Source: Octopus bimaculoides (lineage: Eukaryota). Taken from it: a stretch of 32,962 bases of DNA. Positions within the stretch are counted from its first letter, which is position 1. Each line of letters begins with the position of its first letter. The stretch spans positions 4,124,641-4,157,602 of the forward strand of contig NC_069001.1 of NCBI RefSeq assembly GCF_001194135.2, written 5' to 3'. The notes under the pieces were generated by a model. It was not told where the DNA came from. It was given only the letters and a program-made list of their open reading frames with translations, and did no database searches. A program made the position numbers and the translations under genes. Shown here in pieces: positions 11,991 to 22,913 of the stretch.

Positions 11991-12594
11991 ACCATGTAGT
12001 TGTGAAACACACTTCTTACTACAGAGCGGCAGTGGCAGCGGGGTTGGCGGCAGTGGCAGCGGGGTTGGCGATAAAGAGAGTTTCAAATATTAGTCGCAAT
12101 TTTTCAGGAAGTGAAACTTGAAGTGAATAACAATCCATACAGTGATGTGTAATTAATATAATTTCTGCGATGAGTAAAATGCAAAAAAAAAAAAAAAAAA
12201 AAAAAAAAGAATTTTAAAACATTTTTAACAACAATAAAAGATTAAAAAAATTTTTCTGAAGTTTATTTTTCTGAATGAATTTGTTTTTCAAAAATTTGAA
12301 GAAAAGTAAATTTTTTTTTTCCTTTCTATTTTTAAGAAATTTTAATTTAAGAAAAAAAAAAAAAAGACCTTAATTCTCATTGTTAGAATTACATTGAACC
12401 TAGAACTGTTTAGAAATATTTGTGTAATGATGAATAGCTAAGTGAGTCACAAGGGATGTGTGTGACTAGCTCTTAGTTTTTAGCTGTGGGGGTTCAAGTT
12501 GAATGTGAGGTAAGGCTTCTCTTGGAGAATGGTACCATTTCTGGGTATTTGGAACCACTGGTTCCAAATACTATGCAGTAGCCTTAGGGTAAAG

Positions 12595-12925
12595 GATAAA
12601 GACCCCCTTCGGTCCTGAATGACCATGTGATTGCACCTAGAAAGTTCCCCTCCGAGACACAAGACCAGGCATGGTTGTTTTATGGAAGACCAACTGTCAC
12701 CCATGCGTACCAGCCTCCTCTCACACCACCACTATTATCCAAGGGTAAAGCAAAGGTCAAGACAGTTTGGCACCAGAGACAGACACCGCAACTCATTTCT
12801 ACAGCTGAATGAACTGGAGCAATGTGAAATAAAGTGTCTTGCTTAAGAACACAACACACAGCCCAGTCTGGGAATTGAACTCACTACCTCATGACTGTGA
12901 GCCCGACATGCTAACCATTGAGCCT
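12595..12925 (-). mobile_element. Near full-length SINE family C
   Basis: Collinear with 16480-16770 (GACCCC-TTCGGTC-TGAATGACCATG...GGCACCAG...GAACTCACT-CCTCATGA). tRNA-like head on the minus strand. Confidence 0.85.
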
Positions 12926-12927
12926 TG

Positions 12928-13150
12928 CCCCTTTAACATTTAAACTGGCCATATCTGGCCGAAATAGTCTACCTCTTTTATGTTCAAACTAGCCATATCC
13001 AGCATCTCACACTTACCCTGCAATGTCATTCTAAAAATAAACAATCACATCTTCAAAATCAATAAGCTACAAGATAAGACATGATTAATATTAAAAAATG
13101 TGAATAAATAAATTACATTTGACAGAGTAATCTGAATGCTAAAGGGTTGA
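12928..13150 (+). mobile_element. piggyBac-like MITE family E
   Basis: CCCTTTAACATT ... AATGCTAAAGGG-TTGA ends; collinear with 15064-15291. Confidence 0.75.
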
Positions 13151-13748
13151 CATGGTTGCTCAACCTGTTAGAAATAGCAGTTAAATAACCACATGTTGGT
13201 TTTTATTTAGACGACATAGGAGTGCTCAATACATATTGTAGAGGCTATGTCTTTTTTTTATTGGAACTTACCCAAGTGGCCTTTCTACAAGTGTCTTTCT
13301 TCTTCTATAGCCCCTGGATATGAATTCTATTCCATTTTATTGCTTTTGTAAAAGAACAATTTTACTGGATCTGAGACCAGGAATGGATATATATCTGGTC
13401 AATACATCTGGAAATGTCCATCCTCAGACCAGATTCTAGTAATTGTTTCAGTCACTTCAACATTGGTTTCACATTGCAGTTGTGTATGCATATGTCCACA
13501 GTACGTGTGTACCAGCTGTCCAGTTTATGTTAATCATGCATATTGCACTCAATGGTCATCTTTGCCACCATGTGGAAATGTCATCTCAAACAGGCCCCTA
13601 CCACATGTGTGGATGTGTGTGTGTGGCTATGAAGATGATGGTTGTGTATGTGTAAATTATAATTTGAACGTGTGGGAGGATCATTCCTTGTATATGTGTT
13701 AGGAAGTGTGCAGTTGATTGTTTTATGTGTGTGTGTGCTTATAAGGAA

Positions 13749-13783
<35 letters not shown>

Positions 13784-14584
13784 ATGTAAGGGAGTGTACA
13801 TCTGTAAGGATGATCATTCTGTGTGTGTGTGTGTGGTGCTTGGTGTATGATTGATCTTCGTAAAATATGGGAAATTAATGTGTATTTTATTATGATTGAT
13901 GTTTGCGAAATGCAAGAGATATTAATCTGTGCAAACGTGTGTGCATATGTGTGTGTGTGTGTAAATGTACTCCCCCCCCTCTCTCAGGCCAATAATCTCT
14001 TTAGCCACTCTTATCAAACACTGCTACATCAGAGGAATCCCAGTCAGTCAGTCAGTACACTGTGTCTATAAACCATCTTTGTTGTGTAGCAATCTTCTTT
14101 ATTTACAACTGGGCAATCTCTTCTTACATAAGAGGAAATGGTTCTACAAAATGGAAGGAGGACTGGGGTGGGGTGGGGGTGGGGCAATCATCTTAGCACG
14201 GTGGCGTTTGTTTAACCCTAAGTCAGTTCTGATCCTGTTGACCACTGGTTCCCAGTGGAGTCCCATATACAATTTGTTAACAGTTTATGTGCAGTACAAT
14301 CGATTAGACTTCAACTATATGCAAAATGTTTTAACAATTGTTTCCGACTCCGACTCCACAACTCCGACTCTGACTCCATTTTCCCTGGTTTGCACATTGG
14401 ACAAAATGCTTAGCAGCGTTTCGTGTATCTTTACATTTTGGGCTCAATGTCTGACTTAGCAACATGTATGAACAAAAGAAAAATTACTTGTCTCTTTCAG
14501 GTTTAGGGGCTAAGGGTTACGTTTAATGTCAAAAAAGATTTTAAATGTTCTTACACGTGTTTGTGTGTTATTCAAATCTTTCAC

Positions 14585-14735
14585 CTTTTACTTGTTTCAG
14601 TCATTGGGACTGAGGCCATGCTGGGGCACTTGGTTTTAAGGGTTTAGCCAAACAAATTGGCTCCAGTACTGATGCTTTAAAAAAAAAAATCTGGTACTTA
14701 TTCTGTTGATCTCTGTTGCTGAACTGCTAAGTTGT
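14585..14735 (-). mobile_element. SINE family A 3' fragment
   Basis: TTTTACTTGTTTCAGTCATT-GACTG-GGCCATGCTGGGGCAC, shared with 23820-23870. Confidence 0.78.
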
Positions 14736-14819
14736 CAAGTGGTGGTGGTGATGGCAAGAGGGATTAGCACAAATAGAAAGATGTACACAAACACACACAC
14801 ACATACACAAAGGAATACC

Positions 14820-14980
14820 CAGTCCAGGCTGTAAAGTGGTTGGCATTAGGAAGGGCATCCAGCTGTAGAAACCATGTCAAAGCAGATCCTTAAGTATGAT
14901 GCAGTCCTTGGACTCATAGGATCCTTGTCAAAGTGGCCACCCTGTACCAGCATGGAACATGGACATTAAATGATGTTAAT
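14820..14980 (+). mobile_element. RTE-tail-type SINE copy
   Basis: GTGGTTGGCATTAGGAAGGGCATCCAGCTGTAGAAAC...CCAGCATGGAA...GGACATTAAATGATG. Confidence 0.8.
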
Positions 14981-15063
14981 GAAGAATTTAGTAAATTATC
15001 TTCACTAATTATTTAGCTGATGTTTGGGGACATGAACTAACATGGAATTTTGATGGAAGGTTT

Positions 15064-15291
15064 TTGACCCTTTAGCATTTAAGCTGGTCATATATGGCTA
15101 AAATATTCTATCTGTTTTATGGTCAAGCTGGCCAGATCCAGTTTCTCATACCTGCCATACAGTGCAAGTCCAAAAATAAACAACCTCATCGTTGAAATCT
15201 CAAAGCTACAAGATCATGCAGGATAAATTCAAAACAATATGAATAAATACGTATCACATTTAACAGAATAATCTGAATGCTAAAGGGTTCA
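15064..15291 (+). mobile_element. piggyBac-like MITE family E, both termini present
   Basis: TTGA|CCCTTTAGCATT ... AATGCTAAAGGG|TTCA: perfect 12-bp inverted termini with degenerate TTAA-type flanks. Confidence 0.8.
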
Positions 15292-16479
15292 ATATTGATC
15301 AGTAGTTCTCAACCAATGCCACCAAATTTCAAGCAGGGATGTAACAAGTTTTCCAGTAAGATTTCTGATTAAATCAATGAGTAAGGTTAATATTTACAAT
15401 GAATTTACCATTTTCGATGAGTGTGCAGCAGACACCTATCTCACCTGGAATATACGCCCCTGCTGGATTATACCTAGGGCGAGTGTCTTCTACTATAGCC
15501 TCAGGGCCCAAAGCTTTATAAAGGGGTTTAGTAGACAGGAACTGAAAAAAACCCATTTTATGTGTGCATATGTTTTTGTATCTCCTTGTTTTTGGCATTG
15601 CATTATTGCTATAAATAAACGTCATTTCATTTCCAATATTCTGTGAAAACTTGTCTCACCATGGGGTAAATATTACCTTGCTTGGAAACTGGTGAAAGTT
15701 GGCAGAAACAGGTAAGGGCATCCAACCACGGATAATCTGCCTCAATAAATTTCATCAGACCCATGCAAGCTCGGAAAAGGGGACGTTAAAACGATGACGA
15801 TGTATCTGTGCTATTAGTGACCGTATCACACGTCAGAGTCCACCACGCAAGAAAACAAGGGAAGACAAAGCCTTGGGGGAAGTAAAGAGAAAAGAAGACA
15901 GCCCCAGTGTAACTGGGAAATCTCTGGACAGTTGCTGTAACAATGAATTTCTTCATTTTACATATTTATAGTTTAAGAAACTTGTCTGATCTCAGCACAC
16001 GGTTTACCATTTATTTACATTACACGATGGTCAAATATTGAAACATAGCTTACAACGAGTAAAACAGCTTGGAAACAACCTATCTAATGCCAGTCTCCGA
16101 TCACTGTCCAGTACACTCGGTACCATCCCTCCTCCCGTAATCTTTCCATCCATCCATTCGTCAATCTACCTGTCTATCTCTGTTATCAACTCCACCTCCT
16201 CCTTTCACTATAATTAGTACATAGTTTAAAGTTGGACAAAGTATTCTGTTTGAGAACAATATGAGGTGGGAGAGGTGACCTCCCTTGCTTACACTATATG
16301 GACACAAACTGTGTGTCAACAGCCAGTTGGTAAAGAACCGATAGAATAAGTAGTAGGCTTACAAAGAAAAGCAGACATAAAACAATGATGATGGTTATAT
16401 GTAGTTTACTGTTCCGTTATTAGTAGGCTCGACAAAAAGAGTACTCTATCCAGCGAGAGATAAATCTTATTTTAAAAGG

Positions 16480-16770
16480 GTAAGGACCCCTTCGGTCATG
16501 AATGACCATGGGATTGCATTGCACTTAGAAAGTTCCCCTCCAGGGCACAAGTGCAGGTAAGGTTGTTTGTGGAAGACCAGCAGTCGCCCCTGCATACTAG
16601 TCTCCGCTCTCCATGCCACCGATGTTGACCAAGAGAAAGGCAAAGGCTGATACAGTTTGGCACCAGTGATGTCATGACATGAAATAGCGTCTTGCTCAAG
16701 AACACAACACAGCCTAGACCTGGAATCAAACTCACTGCCTCATGATTGCCAGCCCGGTGCTCTAACCACC
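16480..16770 (-). mobile_element. Near full-length SINE family C
   Basis: Collinear with 12595-12925. Confidence 0.85.
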
Positions 16771-16781
16771 TCATATATATA

Positions 16782-16888
16782 GTGTTAGAAACATAAATTG
16801 TGACTAAGGTTTGGTGAAAGATTTTAATTAAAAACTTATGGAAACAAGACGTTTGTACTCAGAGCCAGGTTGGTAACGAAAGGGTTAA
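16782..16888 (+). mobile_element. piggyBac-like MITE family D, right end
   Basis: Ends GGTAACGAAAGGG|TTAA; internal TAGTGTTAG-AACATAAATTGTGACTAAGGTTTG as in 23231-23457. Confidence 0.8.
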
Positions 16889-17120
16889 ACCCCAAAAGGA
16901 CTTACAGATTAGTTCTTGACTCTTGTTTCATAGTGTTAAGAAAGTGATACAAAGCGCTGTCCTCTGCCACAATTTGGTGTGTATATCTACGTGCCTACCT
17001 GCGTACCTACCTACCTACTTATTTACCCACTTGCCTTCCTACTTACCTCCCTAAAAGGGGCTATGAACCCTGCTCTTCCTCCTAATTAAGTCATAAAAAG
17101 AAAAACAAAAGTTCAAGATT

Positions 17121-17160
17121 CTGGACATGTTTCAGCATTATTAGGCCTCTTCAGCACTTT
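17121..17160 (-). ncRNA. Degenerate minimal type I hammerhead-like motif (Penelope-like element remnant)
   Basis: Minus strand AAAGUG-CUGAAGA-GGC CUAAUAAU GCU-GAAA-CAU-GUC-CAG. Core CUGANGA, GAAA and GUC are intact; helix I pairs only 2 bp. Confidence 0.5.
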
Positions 17161-17359
17161 GTTGACTTCACTTTTGTGGCCCAAAGTATGTAAGTACAGA
17201 TGAGAGAGTACCACTAAATAGATGTACAATAATGTACATCTCGTACTTCGCTGCCTGTTCGTATATATCTCTGAACCCCCAACTCCGTCGGCTTAAGTTA
17301 TCGATCGCCCCCTTCCCCTCTGACTGACTCTCACAGCCGTTTCTGTTTTCTTTCTGTAG

Positions 17360-17449
17360 GGTTCTCCCAATGACTGGGAATCTGCAAGCTTTGCTGGCAA
17401 TGAAGACCGCAAGGAAAAGTTCCTACGTTTGATGGGTGCTTCTACTAAG
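17360..17449 (+). CDS. C11orf58: Internal coding exon (phase 0-0) of a small acidic protein / SMAP-domain gene
   Basis: Polypyrimidine tract and TAG acceptor (ttctgttttctttctgtag, AG 17358-59) and GTAAAT donor at 17450. The 90 nt translate to [30 protein letters not shown], matching the SMAP signature of human C11orf58 as I recall it ([28 protein letters not shown]). Not in the ORF track. Confidence 0.93.
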
Positions 17450-17599
17450 GTAAATAAACGAAAACCAATACTAAGTCCTTAGAGTGTGATGGTCATTCAT
17501 GTTGGTTTGGATAGGGGCTTGCGCAAACAAAAACCAATTAGGGATTAACTCCCTCTTTTTTAACATTTTTTTTTGTTTGTTTTTGCAAATAATAAATAT

Positions 17600-17875
17600 A
17601 TCATCCTCCGCTCCTCAATTCCCTGTATTTCCCCGTTTATATCGGTGCCCCTCGTGGCTGGCAAAACCAAAGTTAACCCATCCTATCGCTAACCAGGATG
17701 GATTAACCCCTACCTTTTTTTTTTTTTGTTTTTGAAAATTATTATGCTTATCTCGTCCTCTGCACCTCCTCATTTCCCTGTGCTTCCTCATGTATGTCGG
17801 CACCTCTTGTGGCTGACAAAACCAAAGTTACCCCTTCCTATCGCTAACCAGGATTGAAATATGGTCCCTCTTTTT
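17600..17875. repeat. About 155-bp imperfect tandem duplication
   Basis: GTGGCTG-CAAAACCAAAGTTA-CCC-TCCTATCGCTAACCAGGAT, with TCCTATCGCT at 17681 and 17836; each unit ends in a T-rich run. Confidence 0.88.
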
Positions 17876-18422
17876 GGTTTTTTATTTTATTTTTTCAATC
17901 ACTCACTTTTGTTGTTAACTCAGGTTAATTACTATCTACCAGGCGTTGAATCTCACAAAGTCCAATTGTGACCAACCCTGTTTATTTTTTTCAGGCATAG
18001 TATATTCTGAACTACACTACCCAGTATTTCTCTTTTTTTTTTTGTAAATCAGTGAAATTTGACTTGGTGGGGTAGTTAGCTGCTGTGTCTTGCAACCCGA
18101 GTTGCCATGTACAGGAATATCGACTATCTCATTGACTTGCATTTTCGTTCCCTCGTTTAACCCTGCCGAGTCAAACCTGATTGAGCAGACCTTAATGTCA
18201 CAACATCATATTTCTGCAGAGTTAGGACAGGATGGAGTGGAGTGGAGTGGGTCGAGGGGAGCAAAGGTGGGAATGGTGTCACTGCTCTCAACCGATCCCT
18301 GTGTGTTTACTGGTCGTGCAACTCTGGAAAGGGATGAAAGACAAATTTCACATGAGGCTCTTTAGGTGGGGTTTAACTCTTTGTTACCGTATTTCTGTTG
18401 AAATACATTGTTTTTGTTTCTT

Positions 18423-18652
18423 CTAGGGCTGTGGAGTTGAAACAAAAAACTTCGACTCGGACTCCGACTCGGACTCTGACTCTGACTTTGCTACTATCGG
18501 CACCTCCGACTCCTGTTGATGTAATTGAGTGATTGTGGTCTACATATCTCATAAAGCTTATGCATACACTTGTACTTTGAGTCAGCCTATATGTTATAAA
18601 TGGTTTATATTCAAGAATAAAGACATTGTGAGTCAGAGTCGGCAAAGCTCAT
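18423..18652. mobile_element. Probable non-autonomous DNA element with (GACTCC/GGAGTC)n subterminal repeats
   Basis: TAGGGCTGTGGAGT start, GACTC(C/G/T) hexamers at 18455-18512 and inverse GAGTCAGAGTCGG at about 18631. A related fragment lies at 14343-14388. Confidence 0.5.
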
Positions 18653-18829
18653 CTACCGTTATTGGCTACCTGATGTCACCATACAGTGGAAATGCTGGTG
18701 TTACTGGATATACATCAGTAAGATCTAACAAAGGACTTATTTAAACAATTAGCTGAGGAGGTGCATTTTACACTTTGGTTGGATGATAAATGAACGCACA
18801 TCTCAGCAATGTACTGCAAGTGTTACAAG

Positions 18830-19045
18830 GCAGCGAGCTGGCAGAAACGTTAGCACGGTGGGCGAAATGCTTAGCGGTATTTCGTCTCTCTTTACGTTCT
18901 GGGTTCAGATTCCGCCAAGGACGACTTTGCCCTTCATCCTTTCGGGGGTCGAAAAATTAAGTACCAGTTGTGTACTGGGGTCAATCTAATCGACTGGCCC
19001 CCTCCACAAAAATTTGGGGCTTTGTGCCTTGAATAGAAAAGAATG
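18830..19045 (+). mobile_element. Near full-length SINE family B
   Basis: GGCAGCGAGCTGGCAGAAACGTTAGCACG...GTTCTGGGTTCAGATTCC (B-box-like)...GTGCCTTGAATAGAAAAGAAT. Confidence 0.88.
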
Positions 19046-19114
19046 TACTATAAGTGTGAAAATCTGTCAAAACAGTTGTAGTGATTTTAAATGAGGAATG
19101 TCATTCATTCCATT

Positions 19115-19165
<51 letters not shown>

Positions 19166-19451
19166 TATACATACATACATATGTGTGTGTGTGGTGGAGA
19201 CAGGGCAGTGGTAAGTTGGGCCCTGTGATCCTGTGAACTGGTTGTTAAAATGTTTCTTTTAGATATAAACCGGTTCTTGCGCTTTTTATGTTGGGCATGG
19301 AACCCTACTGGGAAAAAGATCAAAGAATTCACACCATGTGTATGTGTGTGTATAGTATAGTATATATGTGTGTGTGTGGATCTTTATGAATTGTCTTTAT
19401 GAAGTATCTTAATATATTCGCATATATTATGTACATACCTAGAAATACTTC

Positions 19452-19484
<33 letters not shown>

Positions 19485-19679
19485 TGTATATCAAGGTTTA
19501 TGATTTCATGTGTATGATTATACTGACATGCATTATATACACACATACTATTGCCTCACTCCCTTCACACACATGTCTACATATATGTGTTTGTATGTGT
19601 GTATATATGTATGTATCTGTATACATATATATGTGTGTGTGTGTTATATATGTATGTGTATATCCCCCTGGGATGGGTC

Positions 19680-19882
19680 CATATATGATTTGTTAAAATT
19701 TATTTTTACAATACAAAAAATATTTTCACCATTTTTATTTATACAATTCCTAATAGTATTTAATTCTAAAAATATAATGGCATTTAAAAATAATTCTTTT
19801 AATCAAATGACTACGAGGATCCATCTGAGCAAAATAGGGGTCAGAAGAGTCCATGGGCATAAAATGGTTGAGAGAACCACTG
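19680..19882. mobile_element. hAT-like MITE fragment ending in the reverse complement of CAGTGGTTCTC
   Basis: GGTTGAGAGAACCACTG at 19866-19882; matching ends at 5344 (CAGTGGCTCTCAACC), 15300 and about 24267. CAGTGGTTCTC termini are typical of hAT-Charlie-type elements. Confidence 0.55.
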
Positions 19883-19909
19883 CTATAGACAAACGATTGA
19901 CCAGAGATT

Positions 19910-20052
19910 AGAAAATGCTTAGCAGCATTTTGTCCATCTTCACGTTCTGAGTTCAAATTCTTGCTGAGGTCGACTTTGCCTTTCATCCTTTCAGGGTTGA
20001 TAAAATAAGTACCAGTTAAATACTAGGGTCAATGTAAATGACCTATCCCCCC
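19910..20052 (+). mobile_element. SINE family B copy truncated by a gap
   Basis: GAAAATGCTTAGCAGCATTT...GTTCTGAGTTCAAATTC...GTCGACTTTGCCTTTCATCC. Confidence 0.85.
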
Positions 20053-21294
20053 NNNNNNNNNNNNNNNNNNNNNNNNNNNNNNNNNNNNNNNNNNNNNNNN
20101 NNNNNNNNNNNNNNNNNNNNNNNNNNNNNNNNNNNNNNNNNNNNNNNNNNNNNNNNNNNNNNNNNNNNNNNNNNNNNNNNNNNNNNNNNNNNNNNNNNNN
20201 NNNNNNNNNNNNNNNNNNNNNNNNNNNNNNNNNNNNNNNNNNNNNNNNNNNNNNNNNNNNNNNNNNNNNNNNNNNNNNNNNNNNNNNNNNNNNNNNNNNN
20301 NNNNNNNNNNNNNNNNNNNNNNNNNNNNNNNNNNNNNNNNNNNNNNNNNNNNNNNNNNNNNNNNNNNNNNNNNNNNNNNNNNNNNNNNNNNNNNNNNNNN
20401 NNNNNNNNNNNNNNNNNNNNNNNNNNNNNNNNNNNNNNNNNNNNNNNNNNNNNNNNNNNNNNNNNNNNNNNNNNNNNNNNNNNNNNNNNNCCTTCCTTCT
20501 TGTACGACATAAGGCCACATAAAGCTGGCTGTGACTAAACACGGGAGCTGGCAAGTAAATGCCAAATACACAGAGTTGAAACGCTGTTTGATTTTTCTTT
20601 TTGGTGTTGAATGTTCACCATCCCACTTCCATTGCATCCATGCACACACACACACACATACACAGTTGAAACGTTTGATTTTTTTTTTTTTTTTTCACTG
20701 TAGAATTTCCATCATCCCACTACCAATTTGTCATCACCCCCTTCCTTCCTTATTCATCTATCACCCCTTCCTTTCTCATTTGTATGTTGTGACGGAGAAA
20801 AACACAGGAGTATTATCATAGTAGATAATTATAAATGTTGATGAAAGTGGTCATGGTGCTGATGTGTCTGTCTTTGTTTTTAAAGGCAGTAGAATGTTAT
20901 TTGGAGGAGATTTGCTTGCTATTTCTACCTTGTCGAGCAACCATGTAGAGGCTCTTCATGGAAATGAAGACATGATTGTGATGTTGATGATGATGATAGT
21001 GGTGGTGGTGAAAATGATGTTGGTAGTGATAGCATCATCATCATCATGATCTGTTTTCGCAGAATTTTGGAAATGAAAGATACCACCTGCACAATGGTGA
21101 CACTCGCTTACAATTATCATGCAATGTCAAGGCAAGGAGACAGTAACACGCACACACATACACATAAATAAATATGACGAGCTTCTTACAGTTTCTCTCT
21201 ACCTTATCCACTCACGAGGCTTTATATATTTCATTTTATTTTATTTTACCTAGTTTCAGCTCATGAGCTGTGGCCATGCTGGGGTACCGCCATT

Positions 21295-21349
<55 letters not shown>

Positions 21350-21474
21350 ATATAGTGGTGTACCAGCATAAAATGGGTAAGAAAAAAGCGGTAATGATTG
21401 TGTGTGTGTGTGTGTGTGTGCAATGTCTGATGCCATTTTCTGGAATTAAAACAAAATTCTGTCTTTTATTTCAG

Positions 21475-21511
21475 AGAGACCAAGATAATCCAGGAAATGA
21501 GAAAGGTCTCG
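21475..21511 (+). CDS. C11orf58: Probable short middle exon (phase 0-1) of the SMAP gene
   Basis: Acceptor ttctgtcttttatttcag (AG 21473-74). Reads RDQDNPGNEK(GL) and ends in phase 1 at either GT donor (21506 gtctcg or 21512 gttcgt), the phase needed to join 17449 to 25507. Sequence similarity is weak, so the call rests on splice and phase logic; the true exon could lie in gap 20053-20490. Confidence 0.6.
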
Positions 21512-22299
21512 GTTCGTATTTCTGATTTCTTTTTTTTTTTTTCTTCTTCATTGTTGTTGTTTTAGCCCTGGGTTAACTCTGACCCTGTAGCAGACCTATC
21601 ATTAAAGGACTCAAGGTAGGCAGTTGGTGACGTTTATGTAGTAAGACAGACAAAAAAAAAAATAAGCGAAACGCAGGTGCCCAACTGAGTTGGAAGCAGA
21701 TTTACTTCTGCCTTTATAGTGCATAAAGAAAACGTTGTTGTAGGAATGTACGCAGCAGTTCTATGCGTAGTTTTAATACTGAGATTGAAAGGAATGGGCG
21801 AATTATACCTATCTAATCTACAAAAAAATAAGATAGTTTGCATTTTATGCATAATAATCAGAGCTTCATAATTTTATTGAATTAGGTGCATATTTTGCCA
21901 TAAAAGGAAAATGTTACTATCGATCTATTTCATTCAGGGTAGGCACTTACCTGCCTTGCCTACCCAGGCAGTTCACATCCCTGCCTGGGTAGTATTTGCT
22001 CCCTGCTGAGCTGTCCAGACAATCCCTTCTAGCACACTCTCTATCGGAAAGACAGTAAACCAGTGATTAACACTTTGAACACCTGTAGCCATCAAATCTG
22101 ACATTAAATGATTAAATCAATAAACACTTAATGGTAATTAAAGATTTAGATCACCTGTAAAAATAATTAACTATTTAATTAAATCCTGTTTGTTACTGAA
22201 ATATAAATGAAGAATAGCTGATTAAGTTTAGGTATTACATTAATTAGTTTATTGCTCCTAGGTGCCATTTCCCTGTTTCTGAGGAAGCACAATGCTATA

Positions 22300-22561
22300 T
22301 TGACATTATTATTATCATTATTATTATTATCATTATTATTATTATTAAGGTTGTGAGCTGGCAGAATTGTTAGCATGTTGGATGAAATGCTTAGCAGCAT
22401 TTCACCTGTCTTTGCGTTCTGAGTTCAAATTCTGCTGAAGTCGACTTTACCTTTCATTCTTTTGGGGGGTCGATTAAATAAATACCAGTTGATGACTGGG
22501 GTTGATGTAATTGACTTATCCCATCTCCCAAGCTTGCTGGCCTTGTGCCAAAATTTGGAAC

Positions 22562-22605
<44 letters not shown>
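22300..22605 (+). mobile_element. SINE family B copy flanked by (ATT/ATC)n microsatellites
   Basis: GAGCTGGCAGAATTGTTAGCA...GTCGACTTT...CCTTGTGCCAAAATTTGGAACC followed by about 14 ATT units. Confidence 0.85.
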
Positions 22606-22607
<2 letters not shown>

Positions 22608-22913
22608 TAGTCTTATTTTTATCGTGTGCTTTCACTGCACCGTGTGTGTGCCTTGGGTATGTGCTGTGGTTTGTTGTGATGCTCTTATTTTCACTGCATT
22701 GAAAGTGTTTTACATAGGATGTGTGCAGTGCTTAGTAATGCTATTTTCTGTATGTTATATATGCTTGTTAGTCATTGTGTTTTTCTTTTTTTATCACACC
22801 TAAGGCACCTACTGTGATAGGAATTGTTTCTGTTTTTAGATTCCACATTTCCAGATCTTTGCATTTTGAAAGTTTCTCTGTTTCTTTTAGAGAAACATTG
22901 TCATCTGTTGGTA

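Noticed and set aside
14490-14520. Polypyrimidine-CAG|GTTTAG possible recursive splice site or microexon
   Set aside because: The donor part is weak and such sites arise often by chance in T-rich DNA; no frame or homology support.
17155-17195. Perfect GTAAGT donor at 17190 that would define a 170-nt intron to 17359
   Set aside because: The upstream phase-0 frame hits TGA (17163-65) with no ATG, and the region overlaps a PLE-like remnant. A non-coding exon cannot be excluded without transcripts.
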